A model generated the notes under the pieces. The model saw only the letters and a program-made list of their open reading frames with translations, ran no database searches and was not told the DNA's origin. From contig CAVXAT010000005.1 in NCBI GenBank assembly GCA_963759805.1, positions 1-64,000 of the forward strand: a DNA stretch of 64,000 nt. The letters run 5' to 3'. The stretch's first letter is position 1; the number at the start of each line of letters is the position of its first letter. The DNA is from an uncultured bacterium. Its GTDB lineage: Bacteria; Babelota; Babeliae; Babelales; RVW-14. Positions 49,801 through 58,568 of the stretch are shown here, piece after piece. Both the position numbers and the translations under genes were made by a program.

Positions 49801-50461
49801 GCACAGTGATTTTAGCTTCATTTAATTTCGCCATAAGCTGCTCAGTTGCTGTCTTATTGGAACTAATGACTATCGACCGGACAACGTCTTGGTGTTTCAA
49901 TGATCTAATAACATCAACGGCATTAGTTTTGCAATCAAAGCGAACCTCAAACGGAGCCCGACCCGGCTGGGGACCTTCATTGATTTGTTGTCGCAAAGAA
50001 GTACAAAAAGGATTCTGTCCTTGGGCATAGGGAGGAAGATCGACATTTAAAAATATAACATGAATAGAGCTCCCTTCTTGCAAACCCTCGACAAGGGTGC
50101 GAGCAAAAGACCCGTTTACAGCCTCTTCAGCCCTCCTTGGAGCCAGCATCATTTCCTCATATTTCATTGGATTATAACTATCAATCATTAAACCATGCAG
50201 GATCGAGGTGGCCATATAGGTTTGTTCTTCAGGAGGCGGGGTTGGTACGGGATGTAGCACCGGTACCGCTACCGTTCCCAATTTTCCTTGTAATTCACCA
50301 AGCTTGCCTTGTAATCCATTCAATTTATTTTTGAGCTCTTGCAGAGACGTTTTCAGAGTCCCCAACTTTTCTTTGAGCGGATCCACCCCCATTCCCACTG
50401 CAAAATTGCTTGAAAGTGCAATTAAAATAAAAAGTCTCATCATCAAAAATTTACACTTCAT
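46847..50461 (-). CDS. Exported protein with cPLA2 / lysophospholipase catalytic domain and N-terminal leucine-heptad tag
   Basis: SGGGCRA, TLSGSTW, PFPIATA, EFSPYEVG, GTWGSAFA, LTDAG..NLPVPPLL. Confidence 0.88.
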   Translation of the reverse strand: MKCKFLMMRLFILIALSSNFAVGMGVDPLKEKLGTLKTSLQELKNKLNGLQGKLGELQGKLGTVAVPVLHPVPTPPPEEQTYMATSILHGLMIDSYNPMKYEEMMLAPRRAEEAVNGSFARTLVEGLQEGSSIHVIFLNVDLPPYAQGQNPFCTSLRQQINEGPQPGRAPFEVRFDCKTNAVDVIRSLKHQDVVRSIVISSNKTATEQLMAKLNEAKITVHSIILLNPATPPALRDTPEKKRGLMPCVSHRIYNFYSKEVHLQTLRKIASCFDENRNWLKIVNIECFTYDGSSCPATSFSIGGDLLCVLGSLPKTIACIDQHYYLNIDLACVFTKPGKPSVAPAAKPTGSPEEPVKPSVPPVFLNRAVEHEGGNIVHEWCDGTMWYYSIPDRISYNIDEQLARELDFCSEQLGYADPGIFRSYPEAEFDKIVKYIKLNRDHVNQYKSSALFDIVNEMIKGIGVAQQHVGQAVEQTRGMIPLVGAMTEWMVQSVAVLAAYYGGYLEKSFLMQQIELLKESIKNMGAPVFFDRNLLADIIDRIPEKKLLQKEQISEILKSDTTLKRQLSDIVFGERVAARLDTPGSVFQGSPNAYNFIINALDWAPDEVLPIFILTYLAAKLKPEDLRNDVCPGWDKVEQELNNVFLPETIKDPIRNVGDICVEENQFIDKRQAQKVVPCLHNFVDKSSNMLTPGEIALLHKVLESSSPKIGVACSGGGCRAQIATLGFVGELKKMGLFDAVAYMTTLSGSTWMLFPYLAYDAEKAPYDDFVNKIKQQLKDFSRPLSQEDLSNLAGVVKFHSDTGASLSLVDFYGFLLYRGFLAELPFNVLKLSSIRDNQLQSLKYPFPIATAVGRVCSEEERKQAKTVDEEAEDKFWWHEFSPYEVGSEQLGVWTKPEYAWANFDNGAIATLHPEPPLWYLMGTWGSAFAIDKERLFLELNKKTNAIQGVAGTVVRMIYSYYKPTIDNLLDPQAGVLGQLFFGGAQVGKDTGLQDKDKIPLQPGYFGNPLYHVSGIIPPLREQPFLQLTDAGHKFNLPVPPLLRRRVNLHLICDASGYGTKDKSDLPGVIRYAELHDYPFPLKTENIRKESIGILTKEKPIIMFNDDPKCPVVVYVFSQTREKTLKFFYSDEEFDVVLNGISTPITNHADAIRYAVLLSIVYKGLVGNPNDADPVHIALAAIAAKIKQALTPYRLHPNKRIREFK

Positions 50462-50677
50462 TAAGAATCACCCTTCTATTTTTTACAAAAACACTTAATC
50501 ACATAACCATGTAAAACATCCCATAACACAGTTAAACAAAAAAAATCAAGTGTTGAATTTAGAAATGCATTGAATTCGGTTTTTTTACACAATTCTTGAT
50601 TAAAACCAAGGTTTCAATAGTATAAAGCATACAATGTAATAAACTTTGTACTTACTGAAAGTGTAAAAGGCCATCCT

Positions 50678-51379
50678 GTGACCACTGGTAAAAGATACCC
50701 CAAAAATTATTTCGAGAAAACCGCCTGGCAAGACAAATTTTATGTCTGTGGGATTGATGAAGTGGGCAGAGGATGCCTGGCCGGGCCATTGGTAGTTGCT
50801 GCATGCATTTTGCCTCAAAACACAAAATATGTTCTGAAAGATTCAAAAATTTTAACAGAACAGGAAAGAGAAAAGGCCTACAAATGGCTTATTAAAAATT
50901 GCTGGCACTCAGTTTCAATTATTAATCCGGCAATGATAGATAAAATCAATATTTACAATGCAACGTTGCTGGCCATGAAACGTGCATTTGTTCAACTCGT
51001 TGAAGTTATACCGTTTGAATATGAACTTTTAAAATTTTTGGTCATCGATGCAATGCCCGTAATCCTCGATCAATCTCATAAAAATAATCATCTGGAAGTT
51101 CATCATTTTCCACATGGAGAATCAGTATCTAGCTCAATTGCAGCAGCATCAATTATCGCCAAAGTTACGCGAGATAGGCTAATGGAAACAATAGATCCAA
51201 TATTTCCGGGCTTTGGCTTTGGACATCACAAAGGGTATGGAACCAAGGAACACACAGAAAGCATGAAGATAAAAGGGGCTTGCATCATTCACCGCAGAAC
51301 TTTTATAAATAAAATAGAAACTCCGGAAGATATATCAAAAAATGGAAACGACGCAAAATCACAACAGTCTATTTTCTAA
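50678..51379 (+). CDS. rnhB: Ribonuclease HII
   Basis: GIDEVGRGCLAGP, DSK, SIAAASIIAKVTRD, HKGYGT. Confidence 0.96.
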   Translation: MTTGKRYPKNYFEKTAWQDKFYVCGIDEVGRGCLAGPLVVAACILPQNTKYVLKDSKILTEQEREKAYKWLIKNCWHSVSIINPAMIDKINIYNATLLAMKRAFVQLVEVIPFEYELLKFLVIDAMPVILDQSHKNNHLEVHHFPHGESVSSSIAAASIIAKVTRDRLMETIDPIFPGFGFGHHKGYGTKEHTESMKIKGACIIHRRTFINKIETPEDISKNGNDAKSQQSIF

Positions 51380-52031
51380 AAAAGTGGAAGCTCATGTGGA
51401 GCTTCAAGAAAAAGCTCTTAGGACAAACGCTCAGGAGAAGCCTTTTTTTGCCGAAGTTATAGAAAGCAACCTACAAGGCTTCACAGCCCAATGTTGGAAG
51501 TGGGATAATTTTGCTGAGTTTGGATCGTTAATTCAAGTTGATTCGGGAAAAAATACGGTTCTTGGATGCGTTACCCAAGTTCAAACCGGATCACTTGACC
51601 CAATGCGCTCCCCTTTCCCATACCAAAAGACCGAAGCTGAGTTGTTGGCAGAGCAACCGCAAATTTTTGAGTTTTTAAAAACAATTTTTACCGTACAAAT
51701 TCTTGGATATATCGATAAAAATCAGAATAAAATATTTTATCTTCTGCCACCAATACCATGTAAAATTCACTCATTTGCCAAAGAGTGTTCAAACGATATT
51801 GTAGAAGCTTTCTTCAAAGAACAGTTCTATCTGCATATATTATTTAAATTTTTAAATCAAAATCCAAATTTTGATGAGCTTTTATTAGCTATTTTAAACA
51901 GGCTCTCTTCACAAAAAATTCTAACTCAAACTATGCTTGAGGATTTCTATCAGACGCTTTCCCTTCTCACTGGCAACGACTACCGAAGACTAAAACTGTT
52001 CTTAACACGAGTTGAAAAAATCGCGAAATGA
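51342..52031 (+). CDS. HAS-barrel-like hypothetical protein
   Basis: AEVIES..FTAQC..FGSLI..EQPQIFEFL..DYRRLKLFL. Confidence 0.6.
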   Translation: METTQNHNSLFSKKVEAHVELQEKALRTNAQEKPFFAEVIESNLQGFTAQCWKWDNFAEFGSLIQVDSGKNTVLGCVTQVQTGSLDPMRSPFPYQKTEAELLAEQPQIFEFLKTIFTVQILGYIDKNQNKIFYLLPPIPCKIHSFAKECSNDIVEAFFKEQFYLHILFKFLNQNPNFDELLLAILNRLSSQKILTQTMLEDFYQTLSLLTGNDYRRLKLFLTRVEKIAK

Positions 52032-52125
52032 GTTTAAAAAATGTTGTTTTGGGCAAGCTGTTGCAAATTTGTTACAATTTTGTATACTCGATTTGTAATA
52101 CTTAAAACCAGAACGAAGGAATTTT

Positions 52126-52371
52126 ATGTCAAAATTAATGAGAATTAGCGATTTATCTGCAACCAATCTCGAATCATTAAGCAAGCTCACCGGCCAATCC
52201 AAGCAAAGGATTTTAGATAAAGCAATCACGCTTTACACTTACGAACAAAAATTAAAAAAAGCAAATGAACAATATGCTACTTTAAAAAAGGATTCCCGAG
52301 CTTGGAAGAAAATGCAAGACGAACATAAGGATTGGGATGCCACACTTGCCGACGGGCTTAAGGATGATTAA
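52126..52371 (+). CDS. Antitoxin (RHH-like)
   Basis: C-terminal WDATLADGL; overlaps the mazF-like gene. Confidence 0.8.
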   Translation: MSKLMRISDLSATNLESLSKLTGQSKQRILDKAITLYTYEQKLKKANEQYATLKKDSRAWKKMQDEHKDWDATLADGLKDD

Positions 52372-52729
52372 TCCTAAAAATCTTATTCGTGGGTCAGTTT
52401 GGCTTGTTGATTTAGATCCAACAGTAGGGCATGAACAAGCCAAGATGCGACCATGCCTTGTTATTAGCGCCAATACATACAATCATGGATGTGCTGGGCT
52501 TGCTGTTATTATGCCAATAACCTCTTGTTACCGTGAGCTCTATTGGAACGTCTCCATAAATCCCCCCGAAGGCGGCCTTAATAAAAAATCATATGTAATC
52601 TGTGATCAGGTCCGCAGTCTCTCGCTGATGCGCTTTTCAACAAAATGGCTTGGGTTTGTAAATGACTATACCATGGAGCAAATTGAAGAACGATTAAAAG
52701 TACTATTTTATCTTGTACCCAAAGAGTAA
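52364..52729 (+). CDS. PemK/MazF family toxin
   Basis: RGSVWLVDLDPTVGHEQAKMRPCLVIS, PITS, CDQVRS. Confidence 0.93.
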   Translation: MINPKNLIRGSVWLVDLDPTVGHEQAKMRPCLVISANTYNHGCAGLAVIMPITSCYRELYWNVSINPPEGGLNKKSYVICDQVRSLSLMRFSTKWLGFVNDYTMEQIEERLKVLFYLVPKE

Positions 52730-52819
52730 GTTTTTTCGAATTCGCACAAAACAGTAATTTAATAGTTAAGGTACAATAATTATTATAATTTTTAAAAATT
52801 GCCCATAAAGGAGTTTGCC

Positions 52820-54547
52820 ATGCCAAAACTATTGCCAATCGGCATTGATGATTTTAAAGACTTAAGAACAGGCGGCTATCACTATGTTGATAAAAGCCTT
52901 TTCATCAAAGAATTAATTGGTGCTGGACCAAGCAAGGTCACTCTCATCCCACGCCCACGCAGATTTGGCAAAACCCTTAACATGACCATGCTTAAATACT
53001 TTTTCGAGAAACCTAAAAAAAACCACTCCCATCCGCAGCTTTTTGACAATCTTGAGATCAGTAAGCATCCCGAATGCATGAAACATCAGGGGCAGTATCC
53101 GGTAATCTATCTGACATTTAAAGACATTAAGAGTGACACATGGGAAACCTGTTATGATAAACTAAAAAAATGTATCGAGGCGGAATTTGAACGTCACAGT
53201 TACCTTCTACAAGAGAATGTGCTTACAAAACAACAACGAGAAGATTTTAACCAGATTGTAAATCAAACAGCTTCGCAAGCGGCTTTTGAAAATTCATTAG
53301 AAAATTTATCATTTTATCTACAAAAACATCACAACTCAAAGGCCATCATTCTTCTTGATGAATACGATTCACCAATTCACGCAGGCTTCGTACACGGGTA
53401 CTATGAAAAGGTTATCTCTTTTATGCGCGGGTTTATGTGCGCAGGACTCAAGGGAAATGTAAATCTTGCCTATGGCGTAGTCACGGGCATCCTGCGTGTA
53501 GCAAAAGAGAGCATTTTTTCGGGCATGAATAATCTCAATGTTCACACGCTATTGAGTGACCACTATGCCGATAAGTTCGGCTTTACAGAGCAAGAGGTAA
53601 AAAACCTTCTCGCAGTATATCAGCTATCATCAAAACTTGATGCCGTGCGTACGTGGTATAATGGCTATCGCCTTGGACAACCAACCCATTCGACCTCGCC
53701 CCAAGTGGACGATCACTATTCTTTTACCATGATCTATAATCCATGGTCTTTACTTAACTTTGTACAAAATCATGGCACATTTGGAGCCTACTGGGTCAAC
53801 ACAAGCGACAATAAAATTATCCAGGACCTGATTCGAAAAGCCTCAGAAGATGTCAAAAAAGATTTTGAGCTTATTTTTGCCGAAAAATCCATCACTAAAA
53901 TAATAGCCGAAGACATCTCTTTCCCGTCAGTTTACACAGATTCGGATGCCCTTTGGTCATTTTTGGTATTTAGTGGATACCTAACCTGGAAATCCCGTGA
54001 ACTAATGCAAGTTAGGTGCCATGCTGATCTTATTGCGCCTAATTTTGAGGTACTTGATTGTCTTAAAAGACTTGTTAGCCAATGGTTTACAGAATCAATT
54101 GGAGGCGGTGCTTACAAAAACATGCTTAGCGCATTAAATCAAGGAGATGTCCCATCATTTAAACGTTTTTTTAAGCAAAGCGTCATTGATCATTTGAGTT
54201 ATTTTGACATTACAGGACACACGCCGGAGCGTATTTATCACGCATATGTTTTGGGCATGCTAGTTGGTTTGAGCGCTACCCATGAAGTCAAATCCAATCG
54301 TGAAAGTGGCCTTGGCCGCTATGATGTCTGCATTATTCCTAAAGATCAATCCAAACCGGGTACCATCATCGAATTTAAAGCATTTAATCCAGAAGAAGAT
54401 AGGGATCTAGACGCCGCGGCACAAGGCGCACTTGCTCAGATTGAAGAAAAACTTTATGAATCAGAACTGCGTTCGCGTGGAATACAAAAAATCATTAAGA
54501 TCGCAATTGTTTTTGAGGGCAAAAAAGTTCTTATTGTTTCAAAATGA
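52820..54547 (+). CDS. AAA-ATPase-like protein with PD-(D/E)XK nuclease domain
   Basis: LPIGIDDF, YVDKS, RPRRFGKT, LLDEYD, YNPWS, SNRESGLGRYD..IIEFK. Confidence 0.92.
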   Translation: MPKLLPIGIDDFKDLRTGGYHYVDKSLFIKELIGAGPSKVTLIPRPRRFGKTLNMTMLKYFFEKPKKNHSHPQLFDNLEISKHPECMKHQGQYPVIYLTFKDIKSDTWETCYDKLKKCIEAEFERHSYLLQENVLTKQQREDFNQIVNQTASQAAFENSLENLSFYLQKHHNSKAIILLDEYDSPIHAGFVHGYYEKVISFMRGFMCAGLKGNVNLAYGVVTGILRVAKESIFSGMNNLNVHTLLSDHYADKFGFTEQEVKNLLAVYQLSSKLDAVRTWYNGYRLGQPTHSTSPQVDDHYSFTMIYNPWSLLNFVQNHGTFGAYWVNTSDNKIIQDLIRKASEDVKKDFELIFAEKSITKIIAEDISFPSVYTDSDALWSFLVFSGYLTWKSRELMQVRCHADLIAPNFEVLDCLKRLVSQWFTESIGGGAYKNMLSALNQGDVPSFKRFFKQSVIDHLSYFDITGHTPERIYHAYVLGMLVGLSATHEVKSNRESGLGRYDVCIIPKDQSKPGTIIEFKAFNPEEDRDLDAAAQGALAQIEEKLYESELRSRGIQKIIKIAIVFEGKKVLIVSK

Positions 54548-54566
54548 GGCGAAGCCTCACAAAACT

Positions 54567-55832
54567 TTAATTCAATAATTGATAAATAGATTCAATAATT
54601 TTTATCTGATTCTGAATAGTAAAATGTTGGACACAAAAATTGTATCCAGCTTCACCCATTTTTATGTTTAAATCTTTATCCGTAAGCAGCAAAAACAACT
54701 TATCAGCCCATGCATCGATGTCTTGCGGATCGATCAGATATCCTGTTTGATTGTTGATAACAAGTTCATCCAGCGGTGCAAGATCTGAAGCAATGACCGG
54801 TTTTTTCATAAAACCGGCTTCAATAATTGGCCGGGCAAAATGGCCAACTGTGGCCGGAAAAACAATCACATCACTTGCGGCCATTGCTTGCGGAATGTTT
54901 TGTATCGGGCCTAGTAAAACAACAGAATCTTTTATTTTTTCCAAAATATCGGAAACTTCTAATTTAAATTTATAAGCAGGAAAAAATTTCTTACAAAAAG
55001 ATACGCTATTTAAATCTAAATCAAAATATCCAGCCACAAGCAATTTTACTTCTGTCAGATTAGTTTTTGGCAACTGCTTCAAAACTTTTTCAAATGCTTT
55101 GAATATTACAAGTGTGCCTTTTTCTTGGGAAAGCCCGCCCAGAAATAAAATTTGGGGGGATAAAGGAACCCGCTCGCATCCTTCGAGCCGCCTTCGCCCA
55201 GGTGGCTCCGGCGCCCAGGCAAGCTGGCTGCTCATCAGATTAAAATCAAATTTTCTTGGATCTACGGCGTTGTAAACGACATGCATCTTGGGGTTGTTTT
55301 TCCAGGGCAAAGCATCATGCTTACAAATTGGCAAAATCTTACTTGAATATTTAGCCACATATTTTTGGATAATCCACTTTCTAAATCCAAAATATCCATC
55401 TGCAAGTGGCTCGCGCACATGCCATATCACCGGAATGCCTTTTTTATAAGCAACTTTTCCCCAGGCGATTAACGAACTGGTATTCAGATGAATAATATCC
55501 GGCTTTATCTTATCAAACCAGTAACTCGCTATAGAATGCTCTGTTCTAAGTGTATCCCATACTGACCGTAAAAAATACGGGAAGTGATACCAAGTAAACC
55601 ACCAAATCTTTGTGTGCGAAAAATCGTAGCGATCAACAATGCCCGCCACTTCAATACCGTTCTGCTTATAAAGCTCTACAATTTGTGAATTATGCAAAAA
55701 TAAAACCACAGGATGATACTTATCTTTATCCAGTGCGTTAATTAAAAGCAAAAGGCTGAGAGGCGCGCCTCCCAGGCCTTTGCCGTGATGAATGTATAAA
55801 ATCTTTTTTTTGTTCACAAAGTCTTTGCTCAC
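54567..55832 (-). CDS. GT4 glycosyltransferase with in-frame palindromic insertion
   Basis: GGAPLSL, WHVRE, KG, PIIEAG..KPVIAS. Confidence 0.9.
   Translation of the reverse strand: MSKDFVNKKKILYIHHGKGLGGAPLSLLLLINALDKDKYHPVVLFLHNSQIVELYKQNGIEVAGIVDRYDFSHTKIWWFTWYHFPYFLRSVWDTLRTEHSIASYWFDKIKPDIIHLNTSSLIAWGKVAYKKGIPVIWHVREPLADGYFGFRKWIIQKYVAKYSSKILPICKHDALPWKNNPKMHVVYNAVDPRKFDFNLMSSQLAWAPEPPGRRRLEGCERVPLSPQILFLGGLSQEKGTLVIFKAFEKVLKQLPKTNLTEVKLLVAGYFDLDLNSVSFCKKFFPAYKFKLEVSDILEKIKDSVVLLGPIQNIPQAMAASDVIVFPATVGHFARPIIEAGFMKKPVIASDLAPLDELVINNQTGYLIDPQDIDAWADKLFLLLTDKDLNIKMGEAGYNFCVQHFTIQNQIKIIESIYQLLN
55169..55225. repeat. Type-A remnant interrupted by a 33-bp type-B unit (55187-55219)
   Basis: CTCGCATCCTTCGA (identical to 2601-2614) [GCCGCCTTCGCCCAGGTGGCTCCGGCGCCCAGG] CAAGCT. 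Confidence 0.8.
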
Positions 55833-55843
55833 GAATTCTTTGC

Positions 55844-57238
55844 TTACAGAATTTCTTCTTTCTGTGCCAATTCTTTTTGTGCCACTAACTCTTTTTCTAT
55901 ATTTTGTGTAAGAGAATTACGTCCAATACAAAAATACTTAATTCCCGAATACGACATATCAATAGGATCAAAGCAGTTGCGTCCATCAAAAACCACTTTT
56001 TCTTTCAAAACATTAAAGTCTGCAGGTTTGTATTTGAAAAACTCTTTCCATTCAGTAAGAATAATTAAACTGTCACACTGTTCAAGAACCTCTTTTGACA
56101 TTTTTGCATAACTTACTTGATGGCCAAATAACTCTCTAAAATTTTCCATTGCAACCGGATCATATACCGTAATTTTAGCCCCATTTTTGAGCAGTATTTT
56201 CACAATATCAATCGACGGAGCACAACGTAAATCATCTGTTTCAGGCTTGAAGGCAAGTCCCCATATTCCAAGATGTTTTTTTGAAATTGTGTCCCCAAAA
56301 TATTTTAATATCTGTTGAGCAAACGCAAACCTTTGATTATCGTTTACATCTTCTACAGCTTGAATTATAGACATTGGACAATCATACTCCAAGCCCGTTG
56401 CAGCCAAAGCCTTAACATCTTTGGGAAAGCAACTTCCACCATATCCTATTCCGGCATTTAGGAAGAATGGGCCGATTCGCCTATCTTTTGCCATTCCGTT
56501 TTTTATCTGATTAATATCAGCCCCAACTTTTTTAGCAAGATTTGCAAGCTCGTTCATGAAGCTAATTCGCGTTGCCAGCATGGCATTAGAGGCATATTTG
56601 GTCAGTTCAGATGATTGAACATCCATAACTAACAACTGATCTTGATTTTTTATAAATGGTGAATAGATACGGGTTAAAAGATCTTGTGCTCGCATGCTTT
56701 GCACGCCAATTACAATTCTATCGGGGTGCAGGAAATCATTGACTGCATCCCCCTCCTTTAAAAACTCTGGATTTGATGCAACGTCAAACTCAACGGATAC
56801 TCCACGATCTGCAAGCTGTGTATCAATTACCCGCTTAACTTTTTGCGCAGCACCAACCGGAACGGTTGATTTGTTCACAATAAGGCAGTATTGCGTAATA
56901 TTTTTACCAACCTCCAAGGCAACCTGTAAGACATAAGAAAGATCGGCTGACCCATCCTCGTGGGGAGGAGTCCCAACACATGAAAAAATAACTTCCGGTC
57001 TTTGCGCAAGAGCCTCTTTTATGGTGCTAACAAATAAAATTTTTTTATTATTAATATTCTCTTTAACAAGTTCATCCAAGCCGGGTTCATAGAATGGAAC
57101 TTGTCCATTTAGCAAAGCATTGATCTTGCTTTGGTTATTTTCGACAATTGTCACAAAATAACCCTTTTGAGCAAGGCATGTACCCGTTACCAATCCCACA
57201 TACCCAGCTCCAACAACCGCAATTTTAACCACTTTCAT
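55844..57238 (-). CDS. ugd: UDP-glucose 6-dehydrogenase
   Basis: GAGYVG, KSTVP, SNPEFLKEG, GYGGSCFPKD, DGRN. Confidence 0.95.
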   Translation of the reverse strand: MKVVKIAVVGAGYVGLVTGTCLAQKGYFVTIVENNQSKINALLNGQVPFYEPGLDELVKENINNKKILFVSTIKEALAQRPEVIFSCVGTPPHEDGSADLSYVLQVALEVGKNITQYCLIVNKSTVPVGAAQKVKRVIDTQLADRGVSVEFDVASNPEFLKEGDAVNDFLHPDRIVIGVQSMRAQDLLTRIYSPFIKNQDQLLVMDVQSSELTKYASNAMLATRISFMNELANLAKKVGADINQIKNGMAKDRRIGPFFLNAGIGYGGSCFPKDVKALAATGLEYDCPMSIIQAVEDVNDNQRFAFAQQILKYFGDTISKKHLGIWGLAFKPETDDLRCAPSIDIVKILLKNGAKITVYDPVAMENFRELFGHQVSYAKMSKEVLEQCDSLIILTEWKEFFKYKPADFNVLKEKVVFDGRNCFDPIDMSYSGIKYFCIGRNSLTQNIEKELVAQKELAQKEEIL

Positions 57239-58385
57239 CTCCCTTCATTATGTCAATCCAAAATCTATAAGTTTTATCAGCTATCGCTTGGTGAGAATAC
57301 CGCTCAAGCGCTCTGAGATACCCTTTATTACCTAACGCTACTCTTAAAGATTCATCTAACATTAACCGATTTAAAGCCTGCTGCAAAGATTCTACATTTT
57401 TCTGTTCAAATATTAAACCAACACCTGAAATAACGTTTGGAATTTCACCGGCATCACTACCTATAATAGGAATCTTACACGCCATCGCCTCAATCAAAAC
57501 ATGACCAAACTGTTCGCGCCATCCATCAAGATCAAAAGACGGCAAAACCAAAATATCTAAATCTTGCACAAAAGTTGCAACTTGATCATGGGGAACGGTT
57601 TCTTGAATACAAACTTGAGCTTGAAGATTTTTTGCACAAATTTGTTCATGCAATTTATCACAACACGGACCACGACCAAGATAAATTAGACGCCAATTAG
57701 CATGCTTTGCACTTACATTTGCAAATGCATCAAGCAGTGTAAATATCCCCTTTTCTTCAACAAGTCGCCCAATAAAGCCAACTGTTTTAATTTTTTTATT
57801 CTGCTTTTGTGCCGGTTTAAAAACGGTTGTATCTACGCCAAGCTGCGGCAAAATGCAAATTTTACGACCAAACCCCTTATCTCTTAGAATCTTTGCGGCA
57901 TCAACATTTCCAACAAGCGCACCCTGCGAGCTTTTTAAATTAAATTTTTCAACCCAAGACCAGAATAATTTATACTTTAATGAAAATTTTTGTCGCCAGT
58001 TTATCCAGGTAAAAAAAACATTTTTTGTTTTTAGTCCCAATAATTTTGAAAAAAGTAGGCACTGCAGATAACTAAAAGCGTTATCACCCTGCTCCACGTG
58101 AATTAAATCTGGCCTGAATGTTTTTATGAGCTTAAATAGTTTTTTAAAAGCATACCCATACAACACCTCATTGCCAGATTTAAATGTACACATTGATATA
58201 AATTTGCAATTTGGTAAATCAAAAATACTAAGATCAGGCTCGACTTTGTGATTAAAAAGAGTTGCCCGCCACTGCTTTGGAAACAAAACATTTATCTGAA
58301 TATTAGGATATAGCGATGCAAAAACTTGCCACTTTTTTCTATTTATTGGGGTTATATAAGTATGACTAACAACCAGAACTCTCAT
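57225..58385 (-). CDS. GT4 glycosyltransferase
   Basis: GFIGRLVEEKG, WREQFGHVLIEAMAC. Confidence 0.92.
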   Translation of the reverse strand: MRVLVVSHTYITPINRKKWQVFASLYPNIQINVLFPKQWRATLFNHKVEPDLSIFDLPNCKFISMCTFKSGNEVLYGYAFKKLFKLIKTFRPDLIHVEQGDNAFSYLQCLLFSKLLGLKTKNVFFTWINWRQKFSLKYKLFWSWVEKFNLKSSQGALVGNVDAAKILRDKGFGRKICILPQLGVDTTVFKPAQKQNKKIKTVGFIGRLVEEKGIFTLLDAFANVSAKHANWRLIYLGRGPCCDKLHEQICAKNLQAQVCIQETVPHDQVATFVQDLDILVLPSFDLDGWREQFGHVLIEAMACKIPIIGSDAGEIPNVISGVGLIFEQKNVESLQQALNRLMLDESLRVALGNKGYLRALERYSHQAIADKTYRFWIDIMKGDESG

Positions 58386-58568
58386 AATACAAATACCTTT
58401 TTATGAAAAAATTATAGCAATAAACAGAATTAATGCTAACTTTATTAGCGAAAAAAGCCATTTGCATAATATCCTTGAAAAATTCATTTTGTATGATAGG
58501 ATTTTACTTCGTAGTTGTTTGGTTAAGATTTTTGGGACGTTTATTTTTTATTCGAGGAGTGAATTTTT

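Noticed and set aside
25216..54547. Prophage, retron or diversity-generating retroelement
   Set aside because: No phage structural genes, integrase or reverse transcriptase; the similar segments at about 26134 and 26344 are ordinary ankyrin repeat duplicates
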